A stretch of DNA of 64,000 bases from Octopus sinensis (taxonomy: Eukaryota): NCBI RefSeq assembly GCF_006345805.1, contig NC_042997.1, positions 81,220,001 to 81,284,000 of the forward strand, written 5' to 3'. The notes below the pieces were generated by a model, which had not been told where the DNA came from, did no database searches, and saw only the letters and a program-made list of their open reading frames with translations. This document shows, piece by piece, positions 50,139 through 60,219 of this stretch. The stretch's first letter is position 1; the number at the start of each line of letters is the position of its first letter. Made by a program: the position numbers and the translations under genes.

Positions 50139-53100
50139 TATTCTGCCTTTTTGTGTACACATCTAAACATTGCTGTTTTGCATTGATTACATGAGTATTC
50201 AGCCTTTTTTGTGTATCAAGGACTGCATTATTTAATGTAATACACTTTATTGAAGACAGATGCTATTCTAGCAGATCAAACTTTATTTTTGTCCCTTCAG
50301 TATGAATGAGTGTATGTTTAATGTATGTAGTATATACACTTGTATGCAAGAAATAATTTTGAAAATATGGAAGAATTTAGTAAACTAATTTGTCTGGTGT
50401 TTGGAATAAGTTAACATGAAATCCTGATTATAAAACAATTTGTTCCACAAAACCAATGGTAGTTTGGTATCAAAAAAAGTTTAAAAAAAAAAAAACTTTT
50501 TAATCTGGTCATCAAATACATAACTGAATTTAACAGCAGAGTCAACTATTTGCTATTTTTATTCACAGAACACAGACATTACAAAGGTTAGGTAATATTT
50601 CAAATCTCCTAAACCACAACTTTCTGCCAACAACCATACCTTCAATTAACTGATGTTTACAATGATAATAGACTCAGAGTTATACTCCCAGATCATTGTA
50701 GATTTACAATTTTTTGTGTTAGCCATAAACCCCAGTAGCCTGTTTTGTTATAAAAGTGAAGGAAACTAAAACACACACAAGTGTCCCAATTGTCACTTCA
50801 AGGGGTAATGTTAAGTAGAGTTACATGGTTTCCTTTGTCGCATGTTGAATGTAGACAACAGGCAAATGGATTGACTGAATGAAATTCTGTTATAATTTCA
50901 AACAATTTATGACCCTGTCCAACTTCAGCCATGCTTATCCTCTATTTAGACATCACATACAATTATATCTTATTCATGAAAAAAGTCATCTAGAAATTTA
51001 ACAGCTATTTCTAGCAGAGAAATTGCACAAGGTTCTTACAGAACAGGGTGGTTTCCATAAGAAACAGAACTCTACCATTGGATTTCATGAAGTCAAACTC
51101 TGGAAAAACTTTGGCATGATTTCACTGTCCCACTGACAGACTTGATTTTGCAGAACCATAAAAAAAAAAATTACTTTCACATAGTATCCTGATTGTATCC
51201 TGATTGTACCAATGTATATGGTTAATCTAGGTTTCAAAGCAGCTGATCATATTTTGAGTGAACTTTCGTTTAATTACATAACATTTACATAAGTTCCTTA
51301 AGAGATCTTGGTACATAAAATACAATGTCTTCATAGCACCGTAAGCAGGACACCTGCAGAGAAAATTTCCAACAAGAGTCTCTGGAATCGTTCCCTGTTA
51401 CCATATCACCAGTATATGCACAACTACAGGAGCAAAAGCACCTTCACTTCAAATCAAGATCACCAGCCCCAACAATATCATTCACTCTGAAATGATTCTT
51501 GATGCATGTTAATGTTTAAGTTATCAGTATCAATGTTTGGAGACCTTCAAAGAAATGCAACTTTTGTGCATGTGCATCAAGGGCCATGAAATGTTAGTAA
51601 CCACCTTAATCTGTTTTCCACTATGCCTTGCTATAGCTCTGCTTTACTATCATTACCATGTTGTTGTTTGTACAAGTGAAAACAGTCTATTTTTCATTTT
51701 ATTGGATGCTTCCCACCAGATTGCACAATGCACTGTTCCCAAGGATTAATACCCAGCTACTGTATATGAACTGCTCACAATTATGAAACATATATTAATG
51801 CCTTAAGAACTCTTGCAATTTTTCCAAATAATGATCATTCTTATGTACATGATAACGCTATTCCTAGCAAATATTATTCATATTTAGCTTAGACACATCA
51901 GGTCAACTCTGCACTGTTTCCATGGACAGTGACACTAAAAACATACCTTAATGTGATAGCATTAAGTTCACAACCAGAAAATACATAGCCCTTGATTAGC
52001 TAAAGTAAAGATCAATGATGAAATACTTTTCACGTCAATGTGTGCATGACTGCTGCCACATTTTATATCTTTGAGAGAATTAAGTATATCTCACCAGGAG
52101 AATTGGGAATGATCATGAACAATGCACCTTATTTGAGACTAATCTGCCTCATCAATGAGTATTATATTGCTCACACAATACCTATACCTGATAAATGGTA
52201 ATCAAATTGATTCATAATTGGTTGCTATCTTTCCGTATTTAGTTTCATGACCATGAGTGAATGAAGGTTGCAGTAGAACAGGATTTCATATCTCCCATTC
52301 CCAAAAGACTCCTTTGATCAAAATTTTCATGGAAATTGAGTTTTAGGTGATATACTCAAAACGAAGCTTTGTCACACACTTTGCTATTGCAAATATGTCA
52401 GAAGTACATGGAGTCAGTATATAACTAAGGAGACAACAAAAGATAATAATGGAAAATTCATTGAGTGCTATAATATAAGGGCTGTGTAAACCAAGAAAAC
52501 TGGTAGGTCTGACATTGGACCAGCACTTACTTTATCATTCACTTTTGTCACCACATATACAACCTAATCCTATTCACAAAGCAGTCAACCTGAATCCACA
52601 GTTAAGGCACTGCATAATGACAATGAGCTCAAAACCACTTAATAGAAGAAAGTTTAATTACCTGTAGTCACCTGCAGTACATCTAAAGAAACAAATATTT
52701 GCAGTTATCAGATGACAAAGAGAAAATAGAAAAAAATTAAACAGATCAATACTCTCGTAAAAATCAACATCCTATAACTACTGAAAAGTTATCTCCCTTA
52801 AAACCATTATGCCTTCCCAAATTACTGCCAGTAAAGTTTTTGTAATCTGACCTAAAAGCATTCAAATCAAAAACTAACCCCACTGCCAAATTGGTTATCA
52901 GGTTCAAGAAAATTATCCATTACTATCAACAAATTTTAACGTTTTCAAACACTTCAATACTAGGATTTCTTCTAAATCTTTTTACCAAATATTGCCAAGT
53001 CTTGTTTTTCTTAGCAGGTTACAACTTTTAATTTCAGTCACCTTTATCGAAGTTAATTGTCACTAATTATAAACTACTACCAACCTCCCCTCCCCCCGTC

Positions 53101-53199
53101 CATTGGACGGTTTGTATAGGTGAAGAGGGTTAACCTGGACGTTGTTAAGGAAGTTTTAATCATCTGATGGACAAGGCTATAAGGATTACAAAAACAGCC

Positions 53200-54035
53200 A
53201 TTCTGACTTTGAAACTGTCAATTTTGAAAATCTTTTAAGATTATAGAACATGCCCACTCTATCCATGTTTAAAATTTCAGCACCATCAGATGAACAATGC
53301 TCAAGTTATAAGCACACAAATGACAGACCGAACAGTATTTATATATTAGATGAGCCAATGAACGAGACCTCTACATGATAGCAAGACCTGGTAGAAATAA
53401 CAGCCAAATCTCCCTCAAATCACACCTTACTGTTTATGCATATTTATTTATGAGCCAATGAGGGAGACCTCTACATGGTAACTATACCTGGTAAAAATAG
53501 TAGCCAAACCTTCAAAACACCCTACTGTTATCAGTTCCTTTACATTTGACTTGCTTCAAGTTAGATAAGCGTATTGAGCCCTCTGCATATAGAGAAAGGA
53601 AAGAAGACAGATAGCATAGCTACGGTTTTGGCTGACTGTCATCTTGTACTCACCTTGTTGCAAGCAAAATGGTATGTACCAGCTGTCTGAGCAACTCCTT
53701 GCTTTTAATGAACAGCATGGAAAAAATAGGACAAAAAGATTACAGAAATAGCGATTCTCTCTTTGAAACTGACAATTTTGAAAATCTTTTTAGATTATGG
53801 AATGCCCCACTCTCTCGTGTATCCATGTTTAAAATTTCAGTGCAATTGGATGAACAATACTCGCTATGTTCTGAGTTCAAATTCCGCCGAGATTGACTTT
53901 GCCTTTCATCCTTTCAGGGTTAATGTAATCGACTTAATCCCTTTGTCTGTCCTATGTTTAGCCCCTTGTGGGCAATAAAGAAATAAATACTCGAATTAAG
54001 CGCACAAACAGAGAGAACAGGATTTATATATCAGA
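53200..54035 (-). mobile_element. two Helitron-like 5'-end fragments (about 53200-53349 and 53730-54035); the second carries a nested SINE
   Basis: Two similar segments ttttgaaaatcttt..tatccatgtttaaaatttcag..gatgaacaat whose reverse complements start aTCTAATATATAAATAC / TCTGATATATAAATCC, like the 23219 Helitron 5' end. A similar end lies at 39180-39268. Confidence 0.45.
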
Positions 54036-55751
54036 TTTTAAATTTTAGAGTTATTTCCCTTACACTAATTTTCTCGCACAGCAGGAATAACTTTTAATCC
54101 ATTACCAACTAGATTGTCAAATCTAACGCCTATTCATTACTAGTTTTGAATTAATCATGCATTACCGTTTTTGGTTTGAGATTCCGATAATGTACTTGTT
54201 TATGACATGGTAGGGTAAGTGTGAGACTGAATATGGCAAGTCTGCACATAAAACAGGTATATTTGGACTGATATTGTCAGTTTAAATGCTAAAGGGTTAA
54301 CCCTAAATTATCCATAGTTAATTTCCCTCAAGTCATATTTAAAAAATGACTTGATAAATCATAATGAAATTATTTCCAAATCCCACACTCTAGCACAATA
54401 CAATCAGTGAGAACTGAGATACGACACAGTGGCATGCAAATTCATGAGCAAGAAAACTACTATGCCAAATGAAATGTATGGTAACCTCTAAGATATAAAC
54501 TTACTACTGCAGTTATTACTTATAGCTAGATGCCCTCCTGACACCATGTATTACTTTTTTAAAAATTTAACCTCATTAGTCTTTTAACTAAAACTAGTTC
54601 TTTTTATCTATTTTATTCTGACTTGTCAGTTTCAACGGCAAATAGCAGAATACACTTTTTCAGGACATCAAACTGTATGTGTTTTTAAAACAAATTAACG
54701 TTTATGTTGCCAGTAGCTCATTATCAAGCTACATACATGTTACTTTGTTGCAAACAATAAGAATATTATTGACCAATTTAAGAACATGCTAGAACCAACC
54801 TAAGCAAAAATTTCCATTTTGGGATACCCTACCCCATTGATTACTGAAATTTTGCCATACTTTCCATGAAAGTGATATAGCAATTCCATTATAAGTGTTG
54901 CATTAATTTTTTTTCCTAAATTTACATCTAGCTATATGTAACTTTTTTTTAGTTACATGCTCTTGGTTCAATGTTCCTGAGCTGAAGTGAATTTAACTAA
55001 CTAATGGCAGTACTTAACAGGTACTGGGACTTTTGTCAGCCCAATGAAAAATAGATCCTGCCAGTGACAGTTGCTGTACAAAATCACAACTCCAGAAGAC
55101 AAGTGAAACATATCGATGAAATGGTTAACTCCGTTGCCCCCCCCCCCCCTATTTTAATTTGGTACATCACTTTTCCCATTTGATAACAAACCACCCCAAC
55201 ACTAATCTAAATGAACGCTCTTAGACTGTTCCAAAGACTCATACTTTCATCAATTATATATTCCTTTTATCAAATAGAATTAAAATATTCAACAATATAT
55301 AACTCAATATTTTTGTCTAACTCCAAATATTTGAGGGTTCAACTCACTTAAAAATACCAAAATTATTTTCAAGGTTAATTTACTTTTACCTTCCAAATAT
55401 CAAACTTTTATTCAAGCTACCTTGTAAATACCATAAGAGTTAAACAGTGAAGTGTTTGTATCAAAAATTCAAGCTGAATACTTTACATGGAGACACAGCA
55501 AAGCATCTAGCCAATTAGTTACCTATCATTCAGGCCAAAAAGATAAAAACCTGCAGTGCAAAAAGCAAAAAATTCTCAACTACACTAAATTGCACATGAT
55601 AACCAACCAGTTAAATGAGAAACAAGATACCAGGCTAATTAAGCATATATCTATCTGCAGTATAAGGAAGATAAATTGTTTTAAACTAAAGACTAGTACT
55701 TCTAAATGGCTAAATGCGTTATTCATATAAATTATAAAATAGTACTTTTAA

Positions 55752-56253
55752 CCCTTTAGCATTTAGATTACTGCCAAATGTATTTTTGTTCACGAATGTC
55801 AACAATTTTTATAAGTAACTTTTAACATGAGGATTTATATAGATATGTATTGGTCTTATTGTTTGGCTGTGATATTGTGAATGGTACTCTGAAGTTCATC
55901 CATTTCACTATAAAAATACCGTGTCATTAGTTGAAAATTCAAAAACATCTATATCCGATTCAGCCCAAACAAAAGTCACTTTACATTTCTTTCTACCAAA
56001 TTTTTTCAAATCTTCAGTTATTACAAAAATACCAAGCTCATCAAATCTTGTGCTGCTTAAAATAAAGCATTATTTACAATCATATTTAGGTAGAAATGGT
56101 TTGATCCCTACAATCATATTTAAGTAGAAATGGTTTGATATATTTTTTTTAGAGATTGCAGGTTAGGTGCACGAGGTCAAGCCTGGCCAGTTTGAACACA
56201 CAAACAGAGTATTTGAAGCAGGTCCAAGTATAGCTTATTTAAATGCTAAAGGG
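55752..56253. mobile_element. piggyBac-type MITE (perfect 14-bp TIR CCCTTTAGCATTTA, TTAA TSDs); degraded relatives at about 54094-54296 and 61200-61414
   Basis: TTAA|CCCTTTAGCATTTA ... TAAATGCTAAAGGG|TTAA. Relatives share gtcaaat..ttgttttgaatt and taaatgctaa(a/t)gggtta. Confidence 0.8.
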
Positions 56254-56404
56254 TTAAAATGAAACGTACACTCACTACGTTACACAAGCTGCTAAGTATA
56301 ACAATATACCAAAAGCAAATTTATGCTACTCTTAGTCTATCAATTTACCAGAGTGAACAGAAAATCATTAACTTTCAATTGCTTAAACCCCACTATCAAT
56401 TGAC

Positions 56405-56435
<31 letters not shown>

Positions 56436-59272
56436 CTGTAGAAGAGTATCATGCTAAAATGCAAAGCAGAGACTTTGCAGCCAAGAACAGGATCCTACCT
56501 TTACAGACAAATAAGCCTGGCAGTTGTAGAAGGAAACAGCTAAGCACATATTGAAAAAGCAGTTAACATGAAAAAATCTGCAGAGCAGTGGTCACACTGG
56601 GATATAACGAGTGGCTACCTACTAAGCAAAAACTGCCTGAAGTTTTTTTTTTATAAAATAAAAATGTGATTGTAAGATCATATCTAAAAGCAGAGAGCTT
56701 CAAATGTAATGCAAACACGAAACAGTAATGCCAAAATTATGTAGAAAATATCAAAAACCAGTCAACTGGTTTCAATACGAGGCCAGAATATCTAAGTAAA
56801 GCCTGTAGGAAAAAGAAAAACCTAGATATGCTTTTAGAATCTCCAAACCTTAAGTGAGTTTCAATAATTCCCATAATTTCACATTGACTGTATGGACACA
56901 AATGTTGATTACACTTACTTTTACACAACTAAGACTGAAAACTAACAAAACATTTAAAAAAAAGAAGAACCTTTTTATTTCTGCCATAATACAGCAATTA
57001 GCTGAAACGAAGAAACACTAAAAGACCATTACCTTTATTACCTCCAGTGCTTCAAGTGTTCATCAAGCCTGAACAGCAAGGGAATAAATCAGTGTCAACA
57101 TCCCCAAGATTTGCTAGTGCTTAACAAGTAGCAACATTGCTTAAAATATTACTATTAAGTTGACAAATGGTGGCTTACTTTCATATGAAAATGTGTGTAA
57201 AGAAAGTATAACTGTTCTTTAAAACATTAAGCAATCAATGGAAATAAATTCTATTTGCACATACAATTGAAAGATTTGACAACAAATCACTTTAGGCCAT
57301 TTGAAACTTCACACACAATACAGAACATTTCAACTTATAATAAAGCTTACAAAGCTGTGTCTAATATATGGTTACTGAATACTTGAGCTTACAACATTAA
57401 TTTATAAATAACTGTTGTAACTTAGAATCCAAAATGACCGCTATAGTATACACTGCATGATGCAGAGAAACACCACTACTTACCTTCTTTCTTAAATTTG
57501 ATTGTTAATTTTCAAACAGATTTTCCTATCAAAGCCAAATCATCTTCAATGACATTGTACATTTTCCATTTGAGAAATATTCAGCAGGACAGTAATTTCA
57601 ATTTAAACTTTTCAGCCAACTTCAGTATTTTATGGTAAGCTTTCTAGCGGAGGTGTTTGAAGTATGAACCTCCAAGTTAAAAGACATTGCTTCTAACAAA
57701 TCCAATTCAAAGCAAGTTTCCAGCAGATTAGTGTAACTCAAGATTATAAATATCAACTATCAATCTCAAATTTAGTTGAGTCAAGTCAACATTCAGCAAA
57801 CAACCTATTTTATGTCTAGATTGCCAAGATTTAGAGTTAATCAAAGAACTGGGTATATATATATGTCTATGTATATATATACACTAAACAGAAATTTCAT
57901 ATTTATACTGACCAATTTTCACTTCTATGTAGAATTTGCCCCATTCAAAAATTTATGTACTTCTTTGATAAGCTTCATTAGAGTATGTAAATTAAGTACT
58001 GCCATCTCCTTCATTCTTAACATAACAGTCAGCTTTGTATCCAAAGTGTCGTGATATGTAATGTAATGAGGTGATGTTCTGTTCACAAGGAGAAAGACAG
58101 CTCTAAGGAGTGGCAACAATAGTGATGGGTCTTCGTTAACAAATAGTTCTTCATCATTAAGTTTCATACTTGCTGCTGCAAAAAGATCACAGGCAATATA
58201 ATTCGAATGTGATAAAAAAAAATTGTCTTGGCTCTTACTGAGTTAAATTTTGAGCTGAAGTTATTGTGGGAGTAAAATTTTAGATTGAAATAGAAAATGT
58301 AATGTGCTCAAATCTAAAGTTAGATCTTGTCTTTTGTAATGAAGAAATGACTAAATATAAGGCAACAAATTACCTTAATTTTAGATGGTTATTATCTTTA
58401 TCTTTAACGTATAATGTTTGACAAATTATGAAAAGAAAACAAGTCTTGCCCTAAACAAGCAAACAAGTAACCATATAAAAGCAGAAATTAAAAAAAAAAA
58501 AAAATTGAAGTTTCAGTGCTATTATAGTAAGAAAGTTTTCACCTTAAGATGCATCACTTTCATTTCAAGCAATATTGCCAAGTTCACTCATCTATTATAT
58601 TCCATTTCATGTAAGGCACACACCCATTTCCACTATAATTCTCTGTAATGGGAGGTAAATCCATACGCAAAGAACAAAACCTACAGAACCTAACGTTTTC
58701 TCTTCTCAACTAAGGATCCAGTCGAAATTTTACTAGAGCAGGGAATACTAATAGATCAACTGTTTCCAATTTGGCCAATCTAATTTTGCAAGTGTCAATG
58801 TCAAATTGGTGTGAATAATAACCACCAGATCCTTTTAATAAGTTTATTAAAACCAGAAAGTATTACACAGTCTTGCTAAACAGCAAAACCACAGGTTTTC
58901 TCAGCTTAAAAGAACTATGAAGTTAAGAAAAAAGACAAAATTTCAGTGAACTTGAAAAGAGTAAAAAAAAAAAAAGAAAAAGTGCCCATATCTATAATAT
59001 TTGAATTAAGAACTGATAAGTTAAAAGAATGGGAATGTTTTTAAATTTACAGAAATGGTACCACCACACCTCAATGTAACTTACATCTGATAAAGACCCC
59101 AGAAACTTTTTTTATAAAATGAAGGTGATATAACATTATAAAGTTTAAAAGCCTAAATTTAGAAATTAGCAACTTGTGTTTTAACAAAACAAGACAAGCA
59201 AGAATATCCTATGTCAGTTCAGTCTAAAATAGTCAGCAGTCAGCTAAATCAAAATTGGAATAAAAATGTTAC

Positions 59273-59556
59273 CCATCTGCTCGATTCCAAGCGATCTTCT
59301 GGCTTCTTTACACAGCTAAAGACTTCTATCTTGGCATATCAAACCCATTTTCTCATTCCCACTTCTTAATTCACCAACTCATTATCTTCAAATTTTTTTT
59401 ATTATTTTATAAATTATTTTTCTCATTTTTCTTAGCTTCCATGATTTTCATTCAGCCTATTCAGATTTTTCTTCTCAGTTCATTCTTTCTTCACGTTCAA
59501 TCCCCTGATTTCAGAGTTCTTTCTTCACCAGCCCATTTCATTTCTTTCTTCATAAC
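59273..59556 (-). promoter_or_regulatory. candidate AGAA-rich alternative (poison-type) exon / Tra2-binding enhancer
   Basis: ttcttgtattgtataaag|GTTATG...AGATGG|gtaaca. Contains three exact TGAAGAAAGAA copies within 59483-59552 and an in-frame TGA after RYEERNEMGW. Confidence 0.55.
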
Positions 59557-59880
59557 CTTTATACAATACAAGAATAAGTAACATTAATTTTTGGGGACAA
59601 AAAGTCTGCAGTCTACTTTTTTTTTTTTAACTCTTCATTTGATCCTGGCTTCATAAAACAACAAAAAATGCTATAGATTAAGACACTCCCATTGATCTTT
59701 ATTGAAAGTTGTTAACAGTATAGCAGGGAAATAGACAGCACAAAAAAGAACTACAGCTACATATTTGGTTCTGGCTATAGAGGGAAAGATATGATAAATT
59801 GTGGAAGATGCATTTCTGCCTTAGAATTGCTCGGAATTTCCTCACAGGCACAAATATTGACTACACCATAATTATGTACA

Positions 59881-59886
59881 TTTATT
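59881..59886 (-). promoter_or_regulatory. candidate polyadenylation signal AATAAA in the tra2 3' UTR (second copy at 59698-59703)
   Basis: TTTATT on + strand about 47 nt after the stop codon. The hexamer is common in AT-rich DNA, so this is position-based only. Confidence 0.35.
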
Positions 59887-59932
59887 GAAGAGCTGCTTTT
59901 TACTGTAGGCTCATCGCATAGGACAAAACATC

Positions 59933-59943
59933 TCAATAGTGAC
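59933..59943 (-). CDS. tra2: transformer-2 homolog, probable terminal coding exon (R-H-Y-stop)
   Basis: Strong acceptor ttctctttgtttccctttttcctcag|GTCACTATTGA. Phase-1 C + GT CAC TAT TGA = RHY*, matching the vertebrate Tra2 ending SPRRY*, which is also encoded by a tiny last coding segment. Intron 59944-63142. Confidence 0.85.
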
Positions 59944-60166
59944 CTGAGGAAAAAGGGAAACAAAGAGAATCATGTAATAACACTGAAGCAACATAAAAGA
60001 AGGAGATGGACAGGCTGGGTTAAAATTTTTACATAAGGGAATTAAAGCCAATTACATATTTAGTAAAATGTACTGAATTTCTAAAATAACATTAGAAAAG
60101 AATTTTATAAAGTGCTTTAGTTTGGAACTTCAGTAAATCACAATGGATTTCTGAAACCAGTTACTC

Positions 60167-60219
<53 letters not shown>

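Noticed and set aside
59775-59963. ORF MFPFFLRSLLRCFVLCDEP... on the minus strand
   Set aside because: It starts inside the polypyrimidine tract of the tra2 acceptor and runs in a different frame through the 3' UTR, so it is incidental.
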